Source: Lophium mytilinum (Eukaryota). Taken from it: a DNA stretch of 64,000 bases. The notes beneath the pieces were generated by a model. It worked only from the letters and a program-made list of their open reading frames with translations. It ran no database searches and was not told the origin of the DNA. The translations under genes and the position numbers were made by a program. The DNA lies in NCBI GenBank assembly GCA_010093605.1, contig MU004198.1:870726-934725 (forward strand), given 5' to 3'. This document shows positions 38,061 through 50,240 of this stretch, piece after piece; within the stretch, counting starts at the first letter, position 1, and every line of letters begins with the position of its first letter.

Positions 38061-38544
38061 ATAGGTCTCAGGGCGTGAGTTCCGCCTTGGAATAGAAATC
38101 AACAGTAAGACGTGACTCTGCTGTATCCGTGATCACCTAGGCGCGTCGTCTGGATACCGAACCTTGGCATTCACATGAGAGGCCTTCGTGGATGATGAAT
38201 CTGTCTGGTTATACAATCAGGGAATCGAAAAAGTATGGCCGGTAATGGCGAAAATCTCGCCGTGCTCTATGTCGCATCTTCAGCCATGGTTCCATGTCGG
38301 GTTTAACCTCTCGGTACCATTCATGGTGACTTCTTGGCAGACACCCACATCATTCAAAAATGTCCGCCGATCCCATGAAACAATGAAATGCTTCCTGAGT
38401 ATACAATCTCAACATCAAGATTAACTCGCAAGAACGCTATCCATTCCATACAGTCCCAGGATATAACTTTAGTTAGAAACCGTTTATCCGTGCGCCCAAG
38501 CTTATAACATAGTACTATATCCCGACTGCCTCCTCGTCGCCACT

Positions 38545-39669
38545 ATGTCCCTACTTGGGTCACCTATAGTCAAAGTAAGGGATCACGGAGCAGTCATAGT
38601 ATTAACCCCATTTCGGCTATTGGACCTTCCCCGCGAGAGACGCAATCGTGTCTACTACTACGTAGCTGAGGGAGGCATCTTCATCAAAGATCTATGGATA
38701 TCCCAATTCTTCGAAAGTGGTCTCTCGGCGCACCCCAAATACCGTGTACACGACGTCGGTAGACGCCCATCGCGAACGAGCATCCTCCTTGCCAACAGGC
38801 AGATATACAAAGAAGCATCCGAAACCTTGTTTTCACAAGTAAACTTCACCTTCGTTGCATACGATTCTGGCCCCAAATTACCAATGCGATACCTTAGGAG
38901 TCCTCATTTGCTCTTTGACAAACGGATGACACTTATTCGGTCCATAGAGCTAGTTCTATTCGACGGCTTCTTGGACAGTGGATTATGTTCGAGCCCTTTA
39001 ATTGAATGGAACAACTTCTTTCTGGGCCTTCGATCTTTACCCAACCTACGATATCTAGGCCTGGATTTTCGCGAATATGCAGCGCTCTCCACTAGGGACA
39101 CTGACGGTCATCGGAGAAGAGATCGAACTACGCTCATAAAGAGCCTCTTAGCCCTCAGCTTATCTGATGAGCGTATTTGCCAGCTAGACGAGCTCAAATT
39201 ACGCTTCGAAATCTTGGACACGCCCGAATGGAGTCTTGATGATGAGAAGCCACGTATCACGGCTTGGATGCGCGGGCTCATCTGCGCATTACTCAAAAAC
39301 GGTTCTAAAGTCCAGTCTCCGGAGATCGGTTATGCAAAATCTGAGTACAGAACACCATATCAACATGCATGTCGTTGCTCAAGTTGTGACGCGGGGGTGG
39401 GAATCGTAGCAGCTTGCCACGTAAAAAATAATGGAAGGTCAATTCTCACTTGCTCTGATATGTTTAACCCGAAAACCGAGCGTTGGCTTCTTAGAGAATC
39501 TCGGGATGACATTCTGAAGCATAGTTGTCAATATGCTGCGGCCAGAGCCCGGTACCAGAGGATTGTGTTCTTAGATCATCATGCTAGCAGAACGGAGGAC
39601 TTTGCGTACGAAAGGGAAGCTCAATTTCCTCGAAAGATCAAGAATGCTCTCGAGGCTATAGCCAACTAA
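38545..39669 (+). CDS. Hypothetical protein with F-box-like N-terminal motif
   Basis: PFRLLDLPRERRNRVY and SILLANRQIYKEASETLF, typical of expanded fungal F-box-like families. Confidence 0.75.
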   Translation: MSLLGSPIVKVRDHGAVIVLTPFRLLDLPRERRNRVYYYVAEGGIFIKDLWISQFFESGLSAHPKYRVHDVGRRPSRTSILLANRQIYKEASETLFSQVNFTFVAYDSGPKLPMRYLRSPHLLFDKRMTLIRSIELVLFDGFLDSGLCSSPLIEWNNFFLGLRSLPNLRYLGLDFREYAALSTRDTDGHRRRDRTTLIKSLLALSLSDERICQLDELKLRFEILDTPEWSLDDEKPRITAWMRGLICALLKNGSKVQSPEIGYAKSEYRTPYQHACRCSSCDAGVGIVAACHVKNNGRSILTCSDMFNPKTERWLLRESRDDILKHSCQYAAARARYQRIVFLDHHASRTEDFAYEREAQFPRKIKNALEAIAN

Positions 39670-40029
39670 GAGGCTGATCAAGATGAGGACGTGTCTCCAC
39701 AGGCGGAATACCTAGCGTCAAGAACCATATCGGATGACCACGCTAAACTGCCAGTCATGCAGTATCGCAAGGCCGTATAACGCACGCGGGCCTTCGTTCC
39801 TTTCGCCCCCCATCTAATGCTGGGATCACATGCAGGCTGACGTCCATTGGAAAGGTGCAGGGCAAGGGTCCCAAGGCTGAGCTTCAGCCTTGCATTATCA
39901 CCAGCTCTTCATAAGCTTTTCATGTCTCTAGATCATGGCTCTTCAGCCTTTTCAGCTCGTCTTTCATCGTACGCGGTCTATTTCATTTTCTTGCCGCGTT
40001 TTTGACGATTGGATCTCTCAACTAGCCTT

Positions 40030-42028
40030 ATGCAGCGTTCAACTGCTACTGCCGCCCAGCCTCATGCACCACCGAACGCCCCTCCTCCAGTTCCAGCTAT
40101 TCAACCCATGACTATATCTTTGCCTAACGCTTCTACCGCGCCCGCCAAATCTTCCATTCTCAGCACGTCGCTATCCCTCCTCCAAGACTGGTGGCTGTGG
40201 GAGATCCTAGGAGCCTGCCTAGGCACTATCACCTTACTGATCATCTGCATCCTCCTCAGCATCTATGATGGCCGTCCTCAGCCTTCAATCCGATGGGGTA
40301 TCACTCTCAATGCCGTCATTGCGTTGCTTACGACGATTATGAAAGCCGCGCTACTGACAGTTGTCGCTGAAGGCCTAAACCAGGAGAAGTGGGCACGCTT
40401 TGCGAATCGAACTCTATGGAAACATCCTCTGAGCGACTTTCAAGTTTTCGACTATGCGAGTCGGGGCGGGTTCGGGAGCTTGTCTCTACTATGGCGGTTG
40501 AAAAGGAGCTTTTGGCAGTGAGATCGCCAACCGCATTTCTCCTGGGTGTCTGCTAACATTTTCTTTGCAGTCATGTAGCAACTCTGGCAGCTGTAGCCAT
40601 GATCGCATCGCTTCTCATGGACACTTTCGCGCAGCAGCTCATCCAGATCCGTGAGCTGCCAGTATCAGCATCAAAGCCGATAGGCCAAGAGAGCCTCGCA
40701 TTTGTCCCAAGAAGCGAGCGATACGCGAGTTTTCAGTTCAATGGCGAGGATCGCGATCTCATGGGTACGTCTGCTGTAGCATACCTCCTAATATAGGCGC
40801 AAATTATCCTTTCTGACCTGCAAAACTAGTGCAACAGCTTGAACCATCCATGTCAAGCGCCATTACCTCAGGACTTCTCACTCCCATCGGATTTAATCAA
40901 TCCCAGACTCTGCCCTTCACTTGTAGTACGGGCAACTGTACTTGGCCCGACTTCGCGACTCTCGCTGTCTGCAGTGAATGCGTCAATGTCACTTCGCAGC
41001 TCAATTCAACACCCTCGACGACTTCAGGAGGTCTTACGATCATAAATCCGTACCAGCCATACGCACTTCCCAACGGCAATTCGATAACAACCATCCAGAA
41101 CCTTCTTAAAATCATCCCAGCGATGAAGACCAACGACGAAGGCATGCTCTTACCCAACACTGTCGCCTTCCAAAGCCGACCATACCTCATCACCGCCTTC
41201 GACGTTCTCAACGGCGAATTCACCCCATCAGCCTCAGAGTGCGCTCTCTGGTTCTGCGTCAAGGGCCTCCGTGTCCGTATAACCGCGGGCGTCCTTTACG
41301 AAGACGTGATCGGTACCTGGGACGTGTACGGGAACCACACCTACGACTTCCCACTCTCCTACTACTCGCACGACTACTACGGCCCCACCGGAGCCGACCT
41401 CTGCTTCGCTCCCGCACCGCTTGCATTCAACGCTTCAAAATCCTTCTTCTCAGTCAGCGTGCAAGCATTCCTGACCCTCCGCAACCGTTTCCCCCTCGAC
41501 GAAGGCAACATCACGGCAGGCGAACACGGGGCTGCCAGCGGCGTCGCAGGCTTCTCCTCGAACACAGCGCTGAACTTCTGGGGCCGGCGAGACAACATCT
41601 CTGCGCTCGCAGAGGCGGTGGCGTACAGTATGAGCTCTGTTGTTCGGCAGTCCGGAAACACGACTGGCGCGGCGGTGGTCGTGGATGGTTCGCTTGCGAT
41701 TCGCAACTATACTTCTCCGTCTTATGACGGTGTTGCGTGGCGGGAGGGACAGTTTATTCATGTTGCGTGGGGCTGGTTGTCGTTATCGGCGGGGTTGGTG
41801 TTGTTCACGGATGTTTTTTTGGGGTATGAGATTTGGAAATCTAGTGGAGCGCGGGCGAGGGTGTGGAAGAGTGATCAGTTGGCGCTGTTGTTCCATGGGT
41901 TGGATACGGAGGCAAAGGAAGCGGTTGGGGAGGAGATCGAGGTTAGTGGGATGGGGAAAGTTGCGGAGACGGTTCATGTGAGGTTAGCGAGGGGAAGTGA
42001 AGGGTTGAGGTTGACGGCGAGGGGGTAG
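40030..42028 (+). CDS. DUF3176-type membrane protein, 3 exons
   Basis: DWWLWEI..YDGRPQP..ITLNA..EGLNQEKW..FDYASRG; CSTGNCTWPDFATLAVCSEC; VAWGWL..VWKSDQLALL. Confidence 0.85.
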
Positions 42029-43804
42029 GACTGTTATGAAGGAATTTGAAAGGTTTCATTTTTCGTTAGCGGAGTATCTAGTCATTGAAGGTGTGGTTCT
42101 GAACTCTTAGGGAAGTACCAGTAGGCAAAATATGAATATGTTTGTGGCTGCCACGTTTCTAGTCACTTTACGTTAGGGTGGTTGAAGTATGGTACCCATG
42201 GATGAAGACGGAACTTCATTTATCAACTCGCAACTCCCCTACATCTACTTTTGTCCCGAAATTAGGTTCGCCTCAAGGCACTCTAGACGTCGGCATCACA
42301 TTGCCGGACGAACAGTAGTTTACTCGATGGCTTAGGCTTACAGAGTGTTGAGCTACTCGGTTCGTTACGACTCAAGTTCTATCTCGAAATGGCGGCTCGC
42401 CTAGATCTACTTTTCTCACGGAATCATGTCCCCAGCGAGCCATTCCAGACGCCGGTATCAGATTGGCAAACAGTCGGCTACTACACCATGACAACTGTTC
42501 GCAGAGTGTACAGGATCTGATTCATCTCAAAGTCTTGTCTACTGTTCTCGAAAAGGAACGCTTGCGTTGACCCACTCTAAACGCCGGCATCACAAAGCCA
42601 AACGACATTACACAATTAATCCCTAGAGAAAGTATGCTGGTGTTCCCAAGTGTGCTAGCTCATGGCATAACGGACACATCTCGCCGAACGGACACATCTC
42701 GCCGAGTCCCCATTCAGAGCGAGTTGATTGATATGATGATCTTCCGGGCGTCAGGTACTCCCACCATGGAAAGTCGTCCGGCTGGGGCCAACTGAGAAGC
42801 TGCCGAAATGGCTGGAAGGCTTGGAGTTGTGTGTCCATTTCCCGTAGTAGTGAATGATGCCGGTTTGAAAGCTCAATAGGCTGGAAGAGAAATGTATTGT
42901 ATTGGTATTCTGGTGAGGAAGCTAGCTAGCCGTGAGAAGGAAAGATGTACAGCTACTGAGTAAGCGGCTACACCGGGAAAGGGCCACCACCGATTAAGTT
43001 GCAAGAGCTCGGTAGTCGCGCCTTTGGAGAGAGCCAACTTTAAGAATCGGATGTTATTCGTGGGAGGCTGGCCAAGAATTCGCTCTGATGGTACCGAGAG
43101 ACGAATGAACCTTGGTAACAGTTCAGTGACAAGACCCGTCACTAAGGAGATCCAATGTGAAGGTTGCTCATTTCGATAAGACAAAATAGAGATCTGAGCC
43201 ACGGTAAAGAATTGATTGCAGACAAGCTGATATAACTGAAGCTGCAATGATGTAGAAACCCGCCGATAGCAAGTAGAGTCGTGTGACCATCAGATGGTCT
43301 GGCGCGTCATCATACTGAAGTCGATCCGGAAAAAGCTGGGAGGAGAGTTAGTATTGTCACTAAGATAGTTAAGGCTGATCTCGAGAGCCTTAGAAGTTGG
43401 CGCTAATTCAGAATCTGATCGCGGAGGTTCAGGGTGGTCTAAAGTCTTGATAGGAATCTTGAAGCAGGGCTGGAACAAACTGCAAAAAAGAGCGCATAAA
43501 CTTCTCTCGTATAATACAATTGCCCTTGGCTTTGGGATTGAGTTCAAGAAGAAAGTGAGTAAGAAGGCGCTGTTAACTAGACCGTTATCTTCACCTCTGG
43601 ATTTTTGAGCGAAATATTTGCGCAGCGACCAAATGAAAAGCCGCATAACCTCTCTCGAATCAGCTTTCCGATGTTGGCCTAATACTCTAATGCTTTTGCC
43701 GCCAATCCCAATCCATCTCCCCAGCTTCGAGAACATAACTTTGCTGAACCAGCCCCTATAGCTCTGTTAGCAGCGGAATACTAGACCCGAAAATTAAACA
43801 CGTA

Positions 43805-44224
43805 CTAGATGCACCCAGCTACTCCAACAATACACTTGAACCCACTCCTCCCAAACGCGCAAGCAGCCCCGAGATCAGAAGTACTGCGTACCGGCGTCTT
43901 CCCGGATCCGACGCCCGCGTATTCCATCTGCATCTTTATCTTGTTTGGATCGCTGGACGGGAGATGACTCTTAACGATGACCTTGTACGGTATGCCCGCA
44001 GCACCGAGACCCTGGCCATCAGTCTCTGCATCCGTATGGCCAATAAATCTGCAGCTGCTGTCGTAGATACCGAAGATGCAGTCGAGGAAGATGGTGTCGG
44101 AGGTTTTCTTGTGGCAACGATAGACGGCCTGGCAGTATCCTGAGCCCTGGGAGACGCAGAGCGGTTCGGCGGCTAAAGTAGAAGCGAATATGGCGGCCAG
44201 GATGGAGACGCTCGTGAGCTTCAT
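43805..44224 (-). CDS. Small secreted cysteine-rich protein (139 aa, 8 Cys)
   Basis: Signal peptide MKLTSVSILAAIFASTLA, 8 cysteines, good start context (ACC ATG), and a TATA-like element about 110 bp upstream (about 44335-44342). Confidence 0.8.
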   Translation of the reverse strand: MKLTSVSILAAIFASTLAAEPLCVSQGSGYCQAVYRCHKKTSDTIFLDCIFGIYDSSCRFIGHTDAETDGQGLGAAGIPYKVIVKSHLPSSDPNKIKMQMEYAGVGSGKTPVRSTSDLGAACAFGRSGFKCIVGVAGCI

Positions 44225-45559
44225 GGTCGTGATGAGATGAAGACGAACGCTTTTGTGACGAAGATATTTCGGTGAAAACGGATCAATGAAGGTGATGTAG
44301 AGAGATGTTTTATTCGTAGGATACGCATTACCACTATATATACTTAATCGAAGAGTGCGACTGCCATGGCTGGTCCCTGACTATACTATTTGAGGGCTCG
44401 AGCTTGCTATTGCTTCCCCACCTAGTCGAAAGTGACTCTCACGCTGGAGCACATTGTCTAGGGCTGCTCTTACCAGCCTGGCTCAAGCGGTACCAGCAAT
44501 ACACCCCTCGCACAATGCTCATATCATCTTCGCCATGGCCTCCGGGCGCTCACCGCGCGCCGCCTCAGACCGCAGCTCAGTGGACAACTGTAGGGATGAC
44601 TCTGGCAAAGTGACATCGGTCTCAGCGGTGAGAGAATAGTCTTGTCGCTTTGGATGTTCGTGCGTATGGACAGTAGCAGGACCAGCGAGCACAGAGGCTG
44701 CTACGTCCGGATGGTGGAAGCGAAGATATAGGTTTACGCGTAAGGCTTGGGAGGCGTGGAAGGCAGAGAGGGAGCCCGCAAAATCGCCATGGCGGTTTAA
44801 CCGGGGGGGGCCTTGGGGGGGGTCAGGGTTCACTTAAACTGCTATGCAGTTTCGCGAGCTCCCTCTCTGCCTTCCACACCTTTCGAAACTTGCCCGAACA
44901 AGTAACTTGTCACGTGCTAAACCCCCGACCGCAACACTTTTTGTCTTCCACGCTTCGTTCATCAACACGCGCCAAGTCCATCGTGCCTACTCCCTGCACA
45001 GTAAACCCCTCTAGTGTTTATATGGCCTTGTTGTCAGCGCACCTAGGAAGTCTCTAGTTGGCTATCTAACAGATTGCTGAGCCATGGGCACGTCTTGCGA
45101 TTTTGGCGTGTCTCATGCCCGGATCAAAGAACTAGCTACTCGTCTCATATCTCAGAGTCTGTCCTTTTGAAATCATGCAGAGTTGAGTATTCCACATCTC
45201 CCCCGTTGCTGGGCGGAACTCTCAGCGTGGCTTTGCTGTATCGTCTTCGCCTTACATTTTTGCAACTTCAAGCAGCTGTGTCACTTTTCCTTTCATGATG
45301 CCATCACTGTTCAGATTCGAGCATATTTGAGCATGAGAGGGTATGTCATATATCTTATTAATTTTACAACGATCTACCCAATTTCGATTAAGTAGACGAT
45401 GGAGGTATTGTTCCGGAGGGCTCCATAACACCTCAAGAACTGGATAAGAGCGATATCAAAAGTCTCTTGTTTTACGACAGTCGGAAAAAGAAATACTACC
45501 GTAATCTTCGCACCCAATTTATTCCATCATAACATCTCGTCTTATATACAACCCCCGTC

Positions 45560-47052
45560 TTATCCTTCAACAAGTCTAATCCCCTTCTTCTCCACACTCT
45601 GCTCAATCCTCGTCGTCCTCACAATCTCGCTCCTCGTACTATGAAACCTCTCAATACCCACCTTCCCCCTACCCATCGCCTCTTCGCTTAGGTTTCTATC
45701 CTTCTGAATACTTGCCGAATATTGTCTTAGCTCTAAGTTCTCGTCCGAGTAGCTAGAGTCGAGCTTTGACATGCCGATAGGGCCAGGGCTCATGTACTTG
45801 GCGAGGGAGTTGAGCGCCTTGCTGTTTGAGTAGCGGCGAGGAGTGCTCGCAGGATCGGAGCTGGGTTCGGTGGATTTGGGGGAAGGGCGGCCGACGCCGC
45901 GGCAGTAGCGGAGGAGGGCGGGGATGCAGGGGCAGCAGCCGACGATGACGACGACGGCCATTTCGGAGATGCTGGGAGGGGGTTAGTTCTGGGGATCTTG
46001 CCGTGTTTAAAGATGAGAGGTAAACATCCCGTCTTCCACTGCTCGGATTTCTCGAAGAGCTTCAAAGAATCGGTAGGTTGGTCCACCCTTTGAGAAGTGG
46101 ACCATACGCTCTCGTATCTCTTCTGGCCTCTCAAAACCTCGAAGCATCCCGAGTAATCACAAAAGAAGTATATGACGTGATTTTTGAGAAGAATCTAGGT
46201 AACTTACACCAACATTGCGGCCTTCGAGCATATCCAAGTAAAGTCCGGCTTTTTCAGCAAGATCACACGGAAGTAGATCCCCACAACCCCAATAATACAC
46301 GCACTTCAAAAGTCAGCCACCATCTCAAACCATCTAGAATCCACTCACATCGACCCAACCCCAAAAACCGCAAAAACCAACACCTTCCTCTTAACCGGCA
46401 TATTCAAATGCCAAATCGCCCACGCCGGCAGCGCCAACGCCTCAACATCACTCACGACATTCAGCACCCCACTCACCAAATTCGACGCAATCGCACTCAC
46501 ACACTTCCCCTTGACACTCGGATCCCAAATCGCCGCGCGCGGCCAGCACTGAAACACATACGAGAAAAACAAGCCGGTATAAAACACCGAGTTCGCGATG
46601 ATCGAGCCCATGACGACCCAGTACACCATGTTCTTCTCCCACGTCGTGAACATGCGCTTGATCTGGAAGAGCACGGAGAGTTTCGCGGCCAGCGTGACGG
46701 GGCTGTAGATGCAGTACATGATGTGCAGATGGTACATGACCTGCTTCAGCATGCTCGGCGTCACGTCCCACATGTGCCGGCCCCAGCCGTAGTCTTCGTT
46801 CCAGAGGAAGAGCCCCGTGTAGGTGACGACGCCGGCCCACGCCGCGTAGCAGAGGTAGTCTTCGAGGTAGTGCTTGCGCAGGACGAAGGTTTTGGCGGTG
46901 AAGCGCGCGGCGACGAAGACGGTGGTGATGGTTAGGATGACGGTTGAGGCGACGATGGCGGCGGGCAGGAGGGTTGGCGGATCGATGAAGTTGGAGACTT
47001 GGCCGGAGGGGGGTGGCATGACGGAGGAGGGAGTTGGAGATGTCGGCGCCAT
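45560..47052 (-). CDS. PTH11-like (fungal rhodopsin-domain) 7-TM protein without CFEM, 3 exons
   Basis: PPPSGQVSNF; ARF..LEDY; GWGRHMWDV; AKLSVL; FQCWP..WDP..C; NVVSD..LPAWAIWHLNM; E..VIVGCCP. Confidence 0.88.
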
Positions 47053-48013
47053 GATAAATGGTCCACGTGAGGTCTTGCGGGATGGAAATTAGGGCATAGG
47101 GATTGGACAAGATATGTTATCCAGCTATGTTGACTTGATAGTCTCCGACTGGAGGGAAGGCGGGGACCGCCTCGCTCTTAGAGGGAGTCCAGGAGACTGG
47201 CGGAATAAAGTACAGAAAGGCCCCCAAACTCAGCCGCATGTATCACAGCAGTAGACGCAGAATAAGGACTTCCACCTGCGCCATCGATGTCCGCGATCGA
47301 CGCGGGAGGATCGGGGGCGACTGGCTGAAACTCTCCTTTGCATATTTGTAGAAGTGTGCGAGTCCGCGGTGCATCCCAGCGGAATCGTCAACGTTATTAT
47401 TGGACTGGTGTCGGATTCCGGAGCAGGCACAGCGGAGGGTACAGAGAGGAGGGAGGGATTGGAGAATTGCTCATTGGGATGTCGTTCATGCAGTGCGACT
47501 ATAGTAAGTTGTACTCAGCCGTTGACCTAGTGCCGGGATGACCCATACAGGCATCAGTGCGTAAGGCTGTACCTGGCATGGCGTTTGAGTGGGCAACCGG
47601 TAGTGGTTTGGATTGGGTCCGGACTGCGTCCATGTCATTTGGTGTGACACCTGCTTACTGTAGTGGACTGTGGGGTAGCACATGCTGGGGCCTGGAAATG
47701 AAATGTCAGCCCGTCAAAGAACGCTACATTTTGACCGCGTAAGCGGCCATATAGATGCGCGTACAGCACTCTTTGTTAAAACTATATCAGGTGTCCAGTA
47801 TAGTGCTCTAGCGTTGTGAGACGTTGCTCTAGGGCGAGTGACTCGAGGTCGAACTTACCTCCGTGCGACTTGGACGTCTTACTGAAGTTATGGATCGATT
47901 TGACTGGTTGACACTCACCATTTTCGGTAAATACTCAATCTTTTGTTCTTGCTGCGAGCCTTCTGATATGTGCGTTAGTCGTCGTACCATAATTTCGGTG
48001 GCGCAAGGCTGTA

Positions 48014-48229
48014 TAGGAACAGGCCACAAGTCTGGGCACACTGGTACGCCACTGCTTGGGGTACCCCACAGGGTTTTGAATACTCAAGGGCCATGTCGAG
48101 CTTCAAGCAGTGCAGAATAGACTGCCTCTTGACTAGTTGCCTGCTCAGTAGTCAGGCTACCCCCAACAGCGGTATTGAGTGGGCAAGTTGAAGCCGGGTT
48201 CGTATGCCCAGACTTGTGGTTTGGGACTG
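48014..48229. mobile_element. Candidate Tc1/mariner-type MITE (216 bp, TA-flanked)
   Basis: TA at 48012-13 and 48230-31. The 25-nt terminal inverted repeats match at 19/25 with a 15-nt perfect core (CCACAAGTCTGGGCA). The right end reads TA|CAGT on the minus strand. Non-coding interior. Confidence 0.6.
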
Positions 48230-48479
48230 TAGTAACCCATCGATTCGCTTAACACGGACACGCGTCACTCTCTCTCCCCGTTGGTAGCCGGCTTCTTATC
48301 GAGGCATTGAACTCTATTTTAACGGCTAGTGCGCTGATTCTGTTAGTTCTGGAGCTAAGGGCATCGCCACCTAAATGTTCAATCGTCTACGCATTCTCAA
48401 AGAGAACAGGCATTTCATTCAACATTACTTTCGTATATACGCTCATCACTCCCCCTTGTATGCGAAACCATGCAACTGG

Positions 48480-50240
48480 CTACGTGGACGATATCGGCTT
48501 CTTCTGCATCGTTTGAATGAACACCTGAAGAGCAGTCTCTGGCTCTGCGACTTGTTAGCACCAGCGAATATTTACCCACTGCATTAGAGCACTTACGATA
48601 GTACGGAACTTCGTGCCCAGCTCCATAGACGCGAAGGAAAGAAAGGTTGCTGACGGTCTTGAAAGTGCCCTTCTCCGTTCCTCCCACTGTGTATGGAGCA
48701 AGCGCCTTCTTCGAAAATGTAGATGTGCCGGAGTAAGTCACGGCATTCGCGACGTCCAGAACACCGAACCAATTACAGATCCAATCAGCGTCACCAGCCC
48801 AAAGCACAGTAGTGAGGCCAGTCTGCACTACCTTGCTTAGCGTAGCCAGGAACGAACGAGGATTATCGCCAGTGCTGGCGAACTTGTTGTATGGCGCATT
48901 TGGGCACTCTTGATAGGTGGACTTAGCTCCAATCGCTTTCACAACGGATGCAGTCGTCAGGTACGTCTGATACGTTGATGGCGGGTAGGGATCGTCTGAC
49001 GGCTCGCGGATGTCGTACACGTCGAAGTCGCCCACCTCCGACAAAGGTCCCTCGATGTCTTGGTAGCACGTGTTATCGGCGTTCTGGCAATCGGAGCTGC
49101 TCCCAGAGCTCGTGCAGCTCTGGATCGCTGGAAGACAATCCGAATTGTAAGTGCTCATGTACGAGTTGTACTGCGACTTGGTGATCATGGCCTTGTAGGT
49201 GTTGTTGTAGCTGAACTGGATGTATGCCTTCTCCTGGAGGGCGGCATCAAACCAGCCGTTGTTGATGCCAAGCGCAATAATGGGGATCTTCTCTCCGGTC
49301 ACGGTTCCAGCGTCAATGGCGGCATTCTGCTGCTGCACGTAATAGGCGAACTCAGGCCCGTAATGGCCACCGTATGATTCGGTGAAGATTCCGAAGCTTT
49401 ATCCAGTCAGCGCGGCTCCGGAAAACGGGTACTATATGATTCCTTACTCTCGATTCTCATATTGGGGGAATTGCGCATAGAAGGCTTGCAGCAGCTTCCA
49501 GACGTAAGGAGCGGCACTGACAGTAGATGTCACCGAATCAGTTCCGTAAGAGAAGCCAACACCAATGGGCTGATCGATGTAGATCATGTTGGCGTAGTTG
49601 TTGAAGCTATTCGTGTTGTTCGTTGGCGTGCTTGCACCGTTCTCGAAATGGCAAGGTCCGTTCTCTTGGAAGAGGCCAATCATGCTAGACTACACATACA
49701 AAGATATCAGTAACGAAGCACGGTGTAGGACTGATACAGATACTCGATCCTTCCGATCTGTACGTATTCCAGAGTACCAGTCGCGTGACAGGTTTTGAGT
49801 TGGTCTTGAGACAAGACCGGAATGGTACTTCCGGAATGCTGACGAAGAAGGATCGAGGATCTACACGCAATTGACTTACACATCCCGGGCCACCGTTGAA
49901 CCACGCTGCAAGCGGTGCCGTGGTGGGGTTGTTCCGTGCTTCGAAGAACCTTTGGCCTTTAGTAAAGAGACGAGCCCGCGTAGGAGGTAATGTCCTACCA
50001 GAACCACATGTTCATGTTCGAGCCAACCGAGAGATAGCCAGAGTATTGATTGACTCCAGCACTCTTTTCACAGATGCCCGAGTTCTTCACAAACTCCAAT
50101 TTGGCACCTGTAGCCGCATGCTCAAAGACTTCATAGGTGACGCCATTTTTCACGGTAGTGGACCGTTTGTCCATAAGAGGAGCAGCGACTGTGAGACCAG
50201 CGAGAGCAACGGCCGAGGCCAACAACGAAGAGACACGCAT
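48480..50240 (-). CDS. Secreted serine carboxypeptidase, family S10 (carboxypeptidase S1-like), 5 exons
   Basis: Signal peptide MRVSSLLASAV; WFNGGPGC|SSMIGLFQENGPC; DQPIGVGFSY; TESYGGHY; AGDADWICNW; GAGHEVPYY. Confidence 0.93.
49737..49863. mobile_element. 127-bp hairpin, MITE-like insertion inside intron 2 of the carboxypeptidase gene
   Basis: Terminal inverted repeats 49737-49753 and 49847-49863 match at 15/17. The left end is TA|CAG, and nested inner stems are present. Confidence 0.55.

Noticed and set aside
42623..43736. Three short minus-strand ORFs and an 18-bp tandem duplication (about 42669-42704)
   Set aside because: Could be a decayed gene, but I found no recognisable motif or consistent frame.
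47830..47980. Cluster of minus-strand splice-like signals
   Set aside because: The implied intron is only 37 nt and no coherent ORF results; likely chance.
49839..49845. CTGACGA hammerhead-like core in the structured intron
   Set aside because: No downstream stem II-GAAA, and it is antisense to the host transcript. No TPP riboswitch or box C/D motifs were seen either.
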